Of a stretch of DNA of 64,000 nucleotides, positions 52,073 to 61,423 are shown in pieces (position 1 is the stretch's first letter; every line of letters begins with the position of its first letter). Under the pieces are notes generated by a model. It did not search any database and was not told where the DNA came from. It worked only from the letters and a program-made list of their open reading frames with translations. Origin of the DNA: Bacillota bacterium (GTDB lineage: Bacteria; Bacillota; SHA-98; UBA4971). The stretch lies in NCBI GenBank assembly GCA_035593725.1, contig DAOSZN010000003.1, positions 16,096-80,095 of the forward strand, in the 5' to 3' direction. Made by a program: the position numbers and the translations under genes.

Positions 52073-53199
52073 GAAGATCCTTGGCAGTCTCCTTACTGAT
52101 GTATAAGTTGCAATCCTTAAGCATCATGGAAATAGTCTTAAGAAGTTCATCAAGTCCCTCGCGTGTTTCAGCGGATACCGGAATTGCTCCGGGGTGTTCA
52201 AGCAGAATACGCTCTCTATCCAATTTGCCGGGTATAAGGTCTATCTTGTTAAGCACAGTAATAACAGGCCTGTCGGCAATACCCAAGGTTCTCAGAACTT
52301 CTTCCACTGCTTCTAAGTGATCATCTTTACCGGGATGGCTCGCGTCCACTACGTGAAGCAGTAGGTCAGAGTAAGTCGCCTCCTCAAGAGTGGCTCGAAA
52401 GGCTGCTATGAGGTCGTGTGGGAGTTTCCTTATGAACCCGACAGTATCAGCGAGTAACATAAAATCGCCGGAAGGCAGGTAGCACCTTCTTATGGTCGGG
52501 TCAAGCGTGGCAAAGAGCTTGTCTTCAACGAACACCTCTGAATCTGTCAAGGCGTTGAATAAGGTGGATTTACCTGCGTTCGTGTACCCGACAATCGATA
52601 CAAGAGGGAGCCCTGATTTCTTCCGGTTTGACCTCTGAAGGCCTCGTCTTTTCGCTATCTCCTCGAGTTCCTTTCGAAGAATGGAAATACGCCTCCTGAT
52701 GCGCCTCCTGTCAACCTCAAGCTTCGTCTCTCCCGGCCCTCTGGTGCCTATGCCTCCTCCAAGTCTGGACAGGGCGGTCCCTTTTCCGACAAGCCTCGGA
52801 AGCAGATAACAAAGCTGAGCCAGCTCTACCTGGATTTTACCTTCCTTGCTGGCAGCCCTTGACGCAAATATGTCCAGTATAAGCCAAGTCCTGTCAATAA
52901 CCTTGGTTTTGAGGAGTCTTTCGAGATTGCGCTGTTGAGCCGGGGACAGTTCATCATCGAATATCACAAGATCAGCATGGGTTGTGATGACTAAGACAGC
53001 CAGTTCCTCAGCCTTCCCTTTGCCTATGTAATACACCGGATCAGGCTTTGCTCGCCTCTGAATGAGTTTTACGATAACCTCAGCGCCTGCAGTGGCAGCT
53101 AATTCTGACAGCTCATTAATGGAGTCCTCAGTCTCCCACCATTGTGTGCCGGGTAATTCAAGTCCGACAGCAATTGCCTTTTCAGGGAAAGTTTCCAGA
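52035..53199 (-). CDS. hflX: GTPase HflX; N-terminus extends upstream of the first canonical start, probably initiating at CUG
   Basis: G-domain [15 protein letters not shown] and DTVGF. The HflX N-domain (…[11 protein letters not shown]…LAATAGAEV…[10 protein letters not shown]) continues in-frame upstream of the GTG chosen by the ORF track. No ATG, GTG or TTG is available there. CTG at about 53197-53199 is 10 nt after GGAGG. Confidence 0.8.
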
Positions 53200-53575
53200 G
53201 TACGTTCACCTCCGACTATGCCTCAAAAAGTTCATCGCTTTGTCCAACGCGAAATAAGTTGCATTTCTGCTTCTTTATGATACCTTTGTTTTTCCGCCAT
53301 GTCATGTCTGTCTTCCTGGCAAGGCCGCCTCAGGAGTAAATGACACTGTCTTGTGTCCGACTGTTGTTCAATAATATTTCCATTCATGGTACTATTGTTG
53401 AACAACATTAATGATAGTAAGGGAAGAAAATCAAATGCATCCTGGGTTTGATACGCCCGAATACAGGCGACATTTTGCGAGAATATTGCAAGAAATCGCG
53501 GTCTGTTAGGACGCTATTGATGAGATCAAGAAAAGCCCGGGCCAGGCTACTTGTGACAGGTCCGGGGATATATTC

Positions 53576-54343
53576 TTAGGCCTGGTTCCTCCCGTATATA
53601 ATACGCAAACCCTCAAGTGTCAAGTTAAGATCAATTTCGTCGATCTCCTCGGCTTCCTTGGCAATCAGCGGCGCCAGACCCCCGGTGGCGATGACCTTAG
53701 GATCTGTTCCCATTTCCTCTTTCATTCTGCTTACGATTTCATTGACCTGGCCGACTGCCCCATAGACAAGGCCTGCCTGCATGCTCCTGACTGTATTTCG
53801 TCCGATAACAGTCGGAGGCCTCACCAACTCCACACGCGGGAGTCTCGCAGCATGAGAAAAAAGCGCTTCACTGGAAATCATGATCCCAGGACATATCACG
53901 CCACCGAGGTACTCCCCGTCCTCTGAAACAGCGCAAAAAGTAGTGGCTGTACCGAAGTCTACCACTATTACGGAAGAGTGGTACCTCTCATAAGCTGCGA
54001 CAGCGTTAACTATACGGTCTGCCCCGATTTCCCTGGGGTTTTCATAGCGGAGCACCATTCCAGTCTTAATTCCCGGCTCCACCACAAGAGGATCTGTTTT
54101 GAAATACGTCTTGGCAAGATCTTCAAATATGCTGATGATAGGCGGAACAACGCATGAAATTGCTATCCCGTGAATTTCATCAAACTTGATATCGCCATAG
54201 GAGAACAGAGCAGATAGAATCATTGCGTATTCGTCAGAGGTCTTACGTCTGTCCGTCGCAATACGATAGCAGGTCACAAGTTGGGTTTCATCATAAACAC
54301 CGATCATGATATGGGTATTCCCGATATCAAGTGCAAGAAGCAT
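53576..54343 (-). CDS. coaX: Type III pantothenate kinase
   Basis: 255 aa. MLLALDIGNTHIMIGV ASKHA motif and full-length CoaX. Confidence 0.9.
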   Translation of the reverse strand: MLLALDIGNTHIMIGVYDETQLVTCYRIATDRRKTSDEYAMILSALFSYGDIKFDEIHGIAISCVVPPIISIFEDLAKTYFKTDPLVVEPGIKTGMVLRYENPREIGADRIVNAVAAYERYHSSVIVVDFGTATTFCAVSEDGEYLGGVICPGIMISSEALFSHAARLPRVELVRPPTVIGRNTVRSMQAGLVYGAVGQVNEIVSRMKEEMGTDPKVIATGGLAPLIAKEAEEIDEIDLNLTLEGLRIIYGRNQA

Positions 54344-54415
54344 GAATAGGCCCTCCCTCTTCCCGTCCGCAACAAGACAAAGTGCGCCACTGTCACCAAA
54401 ATCAAACAGAACAGC

Positions 54416-54736
54416 CTACACGAGGATATTACCAAAAGCCTTGATGAGTATGACAATTCCCATTCCCACAAAAAGCAATCCGGCGACAACCTGAAGATAT
54501 TCTGTAGGCATAAATTTCGAAACGACACTCCCACAGAGGGCTCCTATCAGGCTTACACTGGTAAGAGCAAGGGACGCTCCGATGAAAATCGGCATTATCT
54601 TTTGATGCTGCGCCACAAGGGTAAATACTGCAAGTTGTGTCTTATCTCCGATCTCTGCAAGAAAAATTGTCGCGAAAGTAAGTCCAAACAGCTTCCAGTC
54701 CAAATAATCCCAACTCCTTCCACACACGTCACACAT
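54416..54736 (-). CDS. UPF0016/GDT1-family membrane protein, single-domain
   Basis: 106 aa with the signature E-x-G-D-K-T (AEIGDKTQL). Start uncertain. Confidence 0.55.
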   Translation of the reverse strand: MCDVCGRSWDYLDWKLFGLTFATIFLAEIGDKTQLAVFTLVAQHQKIMPIFIGASLALTSVSLIGALCGSVVSKFMPTEYLQVVAGLLFVGMGIVILIKAFGNILV

Positions 54737-54763
54737 GCTTGAAACAGATGATTTGCTATAAGT

Positions 54764-55618
54764 CTACACGATTGTCCGGATGTGTATCCTGTTTATCTGC
54801 TTCAAGTTTTGCTTCCTTGAAGCTTCTATTTTGATATGACTCAGGACGGAACTGCTTTGCTCACCGGATCCGGCTTTGTGCCAATAAAATACCTGGCTTG
54901 TTCTGGAACTCGGGAGGTAATAGCCATTATCCGTTTCAGTAACTCTCTCTTGGACAAAATCTCTGATAATCTCCAGTTCACAAGGGGCAAACTCATGGTA
55001 ACCAGATATAAGCTGAACACCTTCGTCAATTGACTCGAGTGGCTGCCCAAATTCATACGTGTATTCAGCCGACTTAAAAGGAATGCCCAGATTCTCAAGG
55101 ATAGCCTTAGTGTCTTGGGGGCATCTCGTGCGTAAAGGAGGCTCGCGACGCAGCCTTGCGTAGAGAGAATCAATACCGAAATTCTTCCTTTCTCTCCCTA
55201 CGGGGGTAACCAGAATCACCCCGCGCCTTGCCAAGGCATTCATCCTAATAAGTGATTCCCGGGAACCTGTAATGGATCTGCCGGCATAGGACGCAATGAC
55301 AACATCGTGGATCTCGCCCGGCCAATCTTCCCAGGTAGACTCAACGCAGCTTATATTGTGAATGCCTTTTTCAAGAGATGTTCTCCTGAGGTCTGAAAGG
55401 GCAAGATTACATGGTTCCAGAGCGGTAATGCCTCTCACTTTGTCTGCCAACATCCGCGCAAAAGGCCCGACACCTGCAGCGATCTCCAGGACTGTGCTCT
55501 CTCGGTCAAGCATGGTTTCAAGGATGGGCATGAAAACCCAAGGGTATTCACTGATTTCAAGAGCCCTTGTAAACCACCTTATCTTCTCTTCACTCCAGCT
55601 GAAACTCAAACAGAACAC
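54764..55618 (-). CDS. Class I SAM-dependent methyltransferase
   Basis: 284 aa. Motif I VLEIAAGVGPFARMLA. Translationally coupled to the upstream THEP1 gene. Confidence 0.7.
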   Translation of the reverse strand: MFCLSFSWSEEKIRWFTRALEISEYPWVFMPILETMLDRESTVLEIAAGVGPFARMLADKVRGITALEPCNLALSDLRRTSLEKGIHNISCVESTWEDWPGEIHDVVIASYAGRSITGSRESLIRMNALARRGVILVTPVGRERKNFGIDSLYARLRREPPLRTRCPQDTKAILENLGIPFKSAEYTYEFGQPLESIDEGVQLISGYHEFAPCELEIIRDFVQERVTETDNGYYLPSSRTSQVFYWHKAGSGEQSSSVLSHIKIEASRKQNLKQINRIHIRTIV

Positions 55619-55620
55619 AC

Positions 55621-56142
55621 CTACTTCTGTGGCAAAACCCGGCTAAGCCAGGCTTCCACATACCGCTTAATCTCATCTCGATTTTCCTTGGTGACTTTTA
55701 ATACCTCAATATCTTCCCGACTGCGGATTTCATTCAAGAAAGGATTGTCGTCTTCTTTAAGAACGCCTATGACAGGCACCGAACTATCAAGAGCCTCGGC
55801 TACGGCTTGCCTGAACCCATGTGCGGGAATCTCAAAGCGACCGAGTTCGTCCATGACAATAAGAGCCCGAGAACGAATACCGCGCCTGACAGCTTCCGCT
55901 CCGACTGTCTCAAACGCCTCAATATGAATATCCCAGCCACCTTTACGGGCTGTGGATATCTCCGCAGACGAACATGTCTTTAGATCGACAATGCGGAACG
56001 CGCGTAAGCGCCTGCCTTGAAATACCTTGTCTACACGAAACCCACCTAAATCTATAGGATACTTCCGGAGGGCTGAGAATATGATCGTGGATTTGCCGAC
56101 GTGTTTCGGTCCGGTAAGGAATAGATTCTCTTTTAGACTCAT
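55621..56142 (-). CDS. THEP1-type nucleoside-triphosphatase (AAA-like NTPase)
   Basis: 173 aa. P-loop LFLTGPKHVGKST and Walker B IVMDELG. Confidence 0.65.
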   Translation of the reverse strand: MSLKENLFLTGPKHVGKSTIIFSALRKYPIDLGGFRVDKVFQGRRLRAFRIVDLKTCSSAEISTARKGGWDIHIEAFETVGAEAVRRGIRSRALIVMDELGRFEIPAHGFRQAVAEALDSSVPVIGVLKEDDNPFLNEIRSREDIEVLKVTKENRDEIKRYVEAWLSRVLPQK

Positions 56143-56350
56143 GGCAATCTGGCTCCTCCTGATGTAGCCGCATGTTCCGGAACGGTGTTAATCCCCAAAA
56201 CCTTTATCGGATACGTGCCTACCGCGAACGCGAAAACCCCGCCAAACCCTCCTTTATCTTATGCCATGCCCCTATGGTTCCCTCCGGCATTTGGCATCTT
56301 ACAAGAATCACAAATGGTCTATGACCGCCTTTTCGGTTTCATCTAAATCA

Positions 56351-56899
56351 CTATTCTTTGAACTTCATATGAGACAAAGGTTTTAAGGTTCCTCTCCGGA
56401 TTAATATCTCAGAAAGAACAGTCGCGATGGCACCGCCTGCAAGAGCAGTGATAAGTTGAGGAACTTGCATCATCTGAGCTATTTTCGGCGGAACCTGAAC
56501 CACAAACCTAACTGCACCGGCGAGCACGAAGTACTTGATTACTGACGCAGCAACGATGGCAACATACCGGTTATGCCTTTTGACGAGTCCATAGACTATA
56601 ACCAAAACAGCATTCCCCAATGCAATAAAAGGAATCATCGGTCCTAACGGAGGAGGTAGAATGCCGCGCCAAAAAGCAATTAGAGGAGTGACAAGGCCTA
56701 TCGCCACGCCTCCCCAAATTCCCACAAATACGGCTGCAACATATAGCATTGTGTTCACCAGCGGGCCTGTCACATATTGGGGCATCCCCAGCATCTGTAT
56801 TACTAAAGTGAGCGCCATCAGTATAGCAGTCCTGGTAGTAAAAAGAATGCTTCGTCTCGTCTCGGTCCCATGAAAAGAGTTGCTGTTCAAAACACCCAC
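56351..56899 (-). CDS. ECF-transporter S-component-like small membrane protein, substrate unknown
   Basis: 182 aa with 5-6 transmembrane helices. It lies 28 nt downstream of the tex stop. No riboswitch upstream. Confidence 0.45.
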   Translation of the reverse strand: MGVLNSNSFHGTETRRSILFTTRTAILMALTLVIQMLGMPQYVTGPLVNTMLYVAAVFVGIWGGVAIGLVTPLIAFWRGILPPPLGPMIPFIALGNAVLVIVYGLVKRHNRYVAIVAASVIKYFVLAGAVRFVVQVPPKIAQMMQVPQLITALAGGAIATVLSEILIRRGTLKPLSHMKFKE

Positions 56900-56927
56900 C
56901 TTCTTTCTTGTTCCAACTTAATCTTTT

Positions 56928-59129
56928 CTACATCTTCGTTTCTTTTTCCTCCCGGGAATCCGGAGTCCCGGTTCGCATAGAAAGAGATATTCGCCCCCGT
57001 TCAGAATCGACTTTGATTACCTTCACCCTTACCATGTCACCGACTGCGACTACATCGTGGGGGCTCTCGACAAAAGAATCACTCATCTCAGAAATATGAA
57101 TAAGCCCGTCCCGTTCAACCCCGATGTCAACAAACGCCCCAAAATCAACTACATTACGTACAGTTCCGTTGACTACAATACCAGGCGTAAGATCCTTCAT
57201 GGATAGGATATCACTCCGAAACCGAGGTCCCGGCAGCTCTGTCCTGGGGTCTCGTCCGGGACGTCTCAAGGCGTCCACTATATCCTCCAAAGTAGGAACA
57301 CCTGCCTTGAGCTCTTCTGAAAGGGCTTTGATATCAATATCCACAAGCTTACGTCTTAATTGAGTCACCTTCTCCGGAGAGAGGAGATCCTCAGGGGAGG
57401 ATCCAACCTGTGAGAGCAGCGCTTTGGCCACATCGTAAGACTCAGGGTGAATAGGTGTAATAGCCAGAGGATCCTTAACTGATCGTATCCTAAGAAACCC
57501 GGCTGCTTGTTGAAATGTTTTCGGCCCGAGCCTGGGTACTTCGAGCAAGTCGGCTCTGGATTCAAAAGGACCGTTCTCCTCCCGGAACGAGACAATGTTT
57601 TTTGCCACTGTCTTCGAAATCCCTGCCACATACGACAAGAGAGCGGCTGACGCTGTGTTAAGATTCACACCTACATAGTTGACGCATGATTCCACTGTTT
57701 TTTCCAAGGCTTCCCCGAGCCTCGTCTGGTTTATGTCGTGCTGATAGAGACCTACCCCGATAGACTTAGGATCAATCTTGACAAGCTCAGCTAAGGGATC
57801 CTGAAGCCTGCGGGCAATTGAGACTGCACCCCTCATGGATACGTCAAGATCCGGAAACTCCTCCCTTGCCGTGTCAGACGCTGAATAAACTGAAGCGCCT
57901 GCCTCATCTACGATTACATAGCTGAGATCATTGGCTGAATTCTTTATAAAGTCGCTTATAAAGGCCTCGGTCTCACGGGAGGCGGTGCCGTTGCCGATAG
58001 CGATGACATTGACACTGTGCTTCGCAACGAGTCTTCTGACAATCCCTTCCGCTTCCTCCCGCAGCTCTTGTGGGGGATGTGGGTATATTACGGCAGTATC
58101 AAGCAGTTTGCCGGTAGGATCTACTACTGCTATCTTTGATCCGGTTCGAAAACCCGGATCGATACCTAAGACGACCTTCCCGCTTACAGGAGATTGCATC
58201 AGGAGATTCCGTAGGTTCCTCCTAAATACGGTAATTGCATGGTCCTCAGCTTTCTCCGTCAAGACGTTGCGAGTCTCTCGCTCCATTGCAGGACATAGAA
58301 GTCGCGAGTATCCGTCACAAATCGCAAGATCCAGTTGCTCCTTGAATATACCGTTCTCTTCACTCACGAAATCCCCCCGAATAGCTGAAAGAAGGGGCTC
58401 ATCAGGCCTTGACACCTTAACCTTCAGCAGGCCTTTGGACTCTCCCCGGTTTATCGCCAGGATCCTGTGGGGAGGCATATCGGTAATCGGCTCCTGATAG
58501 TCGTAGTAATCTTCATACTCTGATGATTCTTCATCCTGTGTCCCTGTGGTCTCTATCAAACCTCGTTCCCGGAAATGCCGTCTGGCCATAGCTCTGACCT
58601 TAGCATCTTCCATGACAATCTCAGCTACGATATCGCGCGCTCCGGCCAAGGCCTCATCAACTGTGGACACATCCTTATCAGGATCTACGTACCTAGCTGC
58701 TATCTCTTGTACGTTCCCGTTCATGTCTTGATGCTCCAACATCAACACGGCAAGAGGCTCAAGTCCCCTCTCACGGGCTTTCGTAGCCCTGGTTTGCCTC
58801 TTTGGCCGATACGGAAGGTAGAGGTCTTCCACTTCTTGCAGCGTGGATGCAGCCAGGATGGCATCCCGAAGCTCTTCTGTGAGTTTACCCTGCTCATCAA
58901 TGGATCTTATCACTGCCTCTTTTCGCTCTTCCAGATTCAAAAGATATGCCAAGCGCTCTTCAATCGATCTTATGATTACCTCATCTAAAGATCCGGTGAC
59001 TTCCTTTCGATATCTGGCAATAAACGGCACAGTGTTCCCCTCGCTAAGGAGGGCGACTGTGCTGGATACGTTAGCCGGCCTCAGAGAGAGTTCAGTTGAA
59101 ATTCTCTCTATAATACCTTGTTTAACCAT
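56928..59129 (-). CDS. tex: Tex-like RNA-binding transcription accessory protein
   Basis: 733 aa. HhH, YqgF/RNase H-like and C-terminal S1 domains (…GTVRNVVDFGAFVDIG…), full-length. Confidence 0.9.
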   Translation of the reverse strand: MVKQGIIERISTELSLRPANVSSTVALLSEGNTVPFIARYRKEVTGSLDEVIIRSIEERLAYLLNLEERKEAVIRSIDEQGKLTEELRDAILAASTLQEVEDLYLPYRPKRQTRATKARERGLEPLAVLMLEHQDMNGNVQEIAARYVDPDKDVSTVDEALAGARDIVAEIVMEDAKVRAMARRHFRERGLIETTGTQDEESSEYEDYYDYQEPITDMPPHRILAINRGESKGLLKVKVSRPDEPLLSAIRGDFVSEENGIFKEQLDLAICDGYSRLLCPAMERETRNVLTEKAEDHAITVFRRNLRNLLMQSPVSGKVVLGIDPGFRTGSKIAVVDPTGKLLDTAVIYPHPPQELREEAEGIVRRLVAKHSVNVIAIGNGTASRETEAFISDFIKNSANDLSYVIVDEAGASVYSASDTAREEFPDLDVSMRGAVSIARRLQDPLAELVKIDPKSIGVGLYQHDINQTRLGEALEKTVESCVNYVGVNLNTASAALLSYVAGISKTVAKNIVSFREENGPFESRADLLEVPRLGPKTFQQAAGFLRIRSVKDPLAITPIHPESYDVAKALLSQVGSSPEDLLSPEKVTQLRRKLVDIDIKALSEELKAGVPTLEDIVDALRRPGRDPRTELPGPRFRSDILSMKDLTPGIVVNGTVRNVVDFGAFVDIGVERDGLIHISEMSDSFVESPHDVVAVGDMVRVKVIKVDSERGRISLSMRTGTPDSREEKETKM

Positions 59130-59414
59130 TCTCAGTTCACCATCTTTACAAACAGTCTTTACAGCAAAAGCCTACATAGGACTTGACACAACTTGCAGCT
59201 TATTATGATAGTATTAGGATAGTAGTGCTACGAACTAATTTTAACAGATGAACAGATGGTTTAGAAAGGGCCTGCTTGCTTTTTCGCAGATTGCGGCAGC
59301 TGCTCCCATATACTGTTAAAGCTGCCGCTCTTGCTGTTATTGAGCGTTTTTTGTGCTATACTATGGAATAACTTCCTAGTTTTGTACACCTTGGAAGGAG
59401 GTACATATGACCAA

Positions 59415-60110
59415 GTGAAAAACATCTATGCAACTTCAATAGAGGCACTTATAGGTGTTCTTCCTGTAGTACTATTGTTGCTTCTGTTCAATAGATTCGT
59501 CCTACGGGTGCCTTTGGAAAATCCCCGCGAAACCTTTATCGGACTTGCACTCACAGTTGTCGGGATCGTCCTTTTCTCTAATGGACTGAAGATAGGACTG
59601 CTTCCCCTCGGCGAGACTGTAGGCATAAACCTTCCTGGACATGCTCCGGTATGGTTGGTCATTGCCTTCGCTTTCGTCTTAGGGTTTGGCGTCACTTTGG
59701 CTGAACCGTCGTTACAAGCGCTGGGTGAACAAATAGAAGAACTTAGCGCGGGAATTATCCCGAAACGCGCAATGATTCTTACGGTAGCTTTAGGAATCGG
59801 GCTGGGTGTAACTATGGGTGTAATAAAGATTATTTTCCAAATACCTACTTCGAAAATTCTACTTCCGTCGTTGATTGTCATAGCAATACTCATGCAATTC
59901 GCGCCCAAGGCGGCAGTAGGTATAGCGTTTGACGCTGCCGGAGTCACTACGGGGCCTGTTACAGTCCCTACTATAATAGCTATGGGTGTAGGTATTGCCA
60001 CTGCGTTAGGAGGCAGAGACCCTCTCATAGATGGTTTTGGCCTGATAGCACTGTGTCTTGTCGCAGTAACCTTTACAGTGCTGATACTCGGAATGATATT
60101 CAAGATTTAG
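59415..60110 (+). CDS. DUF1538-family membrane protein
   Basis: Polytopic protein. GTG at 59415 is 13 nt after GGAGG; the alternative ORF-track start is 59331. It pairs with a downstream P-II-like gene. Confidence 0.6.
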   Translation: MKNIYATSIEALIGVLPVVLLLLLFNRFVLRVPLENPRETFIGLALTVVGIVLFSNGLKIGLLPLGETVGINLPGHAPVWLVIAFAFVLGFGVTLAEPSLQALGEQIEELSAGIIPKRAMILTVALGIGLGVTMGVIKIIFQIPTSKILLPSLIVIAILMQFAPKAAVGIAFDAAGVTTGPVTVPTIIAMGVGIATALGGRDPLIDGFGLIALCLVAVTFTVLILGMIFKI

Positions 60111-60122
60111 GAGGGTTAGGGC

Positions 60123-60455
60123 ATGGGGTACAACGCCATATTCGTAGTGCTGCCCAGGGGAACCGCAGAACACGTAATGAATGTCGCTAAGGAAGCAGGA
60201 GCACAGGGAGGAACCATACTCTTCGCAAGAGGAACAGGCGCCCATGAGGCGAAAACGTTTTTAGGACTTACTGTGGATATTGCAAAAGAAGTCCTTTTCG
60301 TTCTCACAGACAAAAAGGACACTGAAAGAATACTTAAAGCCATGGTTGAAGCTGGGCATCTCGAGAAACCGGGGACAGGCATTGCATTCGTCATGAGCGT
60401 AGATAAAACAGTAGGCCTGGTCAATAAGGACTGTACCGAACCTGTCAAGAAATAG
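60123..60455 (+). CDS. P-II-like signalling protein (GlnB superfamily) partnered with DUF1538
   Basis: 110 aa with the ferredoxin-like βαββαβ pattern of P-II. Its start is 12 nt after the DUF1538 stop. Confidence 0.65.
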   Translation: MGYNAIFVVLPRGTAEHVMNVAKEAGAQGGTILFARGTGAHEAKTFLGLTVDIAKEVLFVLTDKKDTERILKAMVEAGHLEKPGTGIAFVMSVDKTVGLVNKDCTEPVKK

Positions 60456-60486
60456 ACCAGGCACATATATATTGGCTTACATTGGC

Positions 60487-61203
60487 TTAGGCTGAGGTCT
60501 TGCCTCCTCCTCTGAGCACTAATTCGTTGAGTTCTTGAACAAGCGGCCTTATTCTGGAATCTATCGCTTTTTGCTGCAAGCATTCAGCGGATGGGGCGGA
60601 TCTCTTCCAATACAGCTCGTTCGCAGCATCATCCGGGTTTATCTTCGCCCCTTCCAGCGAAAACCCTAAGAATGCGCCTTTGCTCATGGAGTAACTGTAG
60701 ATTGCAGCTTTGAGTTCAATATCCGTTCCGGCTTCGAGATGACGACCAAGAGGGCCTGCCGCAACAGTAATGTCTCCGCCAAGGGTGAAGCTGCCTTCCT
60801 CAAAACTCTTCATGCCTCGTTCATTTGTAATAACAAGGACAAGAGCGGTAGATTGCACGCCAATCTGAAGGCCGTAGGAAAGTCCGGTTATTTCCACAAA
60901 ACTCGGGCCGTACCATTGCCCGGTGTTAGAATCTCTCTTCAAGACAATGCCTTTACCGTGTTTTGCCCCCAGCATCAGGCCGGCCTTGACTACTGACGGG
61001 AATATTGCGACTCCCTTAGCCTTGGCCAGAAGTTCAGACATGGTGCCACAGTCTTCCTGTGTGGACATTTCCCGTAGCACCTTTTGTGCATCTTCAATAC
61101 GCGCATCCGGAGCACTTGAAGCTTCTACACCAAAAACTAAGCCGGCCAGTAATAAGATCACACTGAAACATGCCAATACGTTGCATGCACCCTTTTTCTT
61201 CAC
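60487..61203 (-). CDS. SYLF (Ysc84/DUF500) lipid-binding domain protein, secreted/lipoprotein
   Basis: GTG at 61203 is 7 nt after AAGGAGGG, giving signal peptide MKKKGACNVLACFSVILLLAGLVFG. The SYLF-like core is …GGDITVAAGPLGR…. Confidence 0.6.
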   Translation of the reverse strand: MKKKGACNVLACFSVILLLAGLVFGVEASSAPDARIEDAQKVLREMSTQEDCGTMSELLAKAKGVAIFPSVVKAGLMLGAKHGKGIVLKRDSNTGQWYGPSFVEITGLSYGLQIGVQSTALVLVITNERGMKSFEEGSFTLGGDITVAAGPLGRHLEAGTDIELKAAIYSYSMSKGAFLGFSLEGAKINPDDAANELYWKRSAPSAECLQQKAIDSRIRPLVQELNELVLRGGGKTSA

Positions 61204-61356
61204 TGGGCAACCCTCCTTGAGATTGATATGCATAAAGGACTATCTGATGAAATTCTATCAGATAATCCGTATATTTGGAACCCAATTCCTCGGCATTCCA
61301 TCCCGGCTTAGTCTTTGTGCTACACGTCAAATAGACCTCTACATATAGCTACGCAC

Positions 61357-61423
61357 GAAGCAGGGACTAACGCACACAAAGCGTACGTGCCTGCATCAGT
61401 CCCTGCTTCGTCTCTATTTTTTT
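61357..61423 (+). terminator. Strong rho-independent terminator oriented for the plus strand
   Basis: CGAAGCAGGGACT-N29-AGTCCCTGCTTCG followed by TCTCTATTTTTTT. The T-run overlaps the OMP stop codon on the opposite strand. Confidence 0.55.

Noticed and set aside
53436-53510. 24-codon ORF (MHPGFDTPEYRRHFARILQEIAVC) in the hflX upstream spacer
   Set aside because: It is below any reasonable confidence without conservation or expression data and has no RBS. It is mentioned only because the spacer is long.
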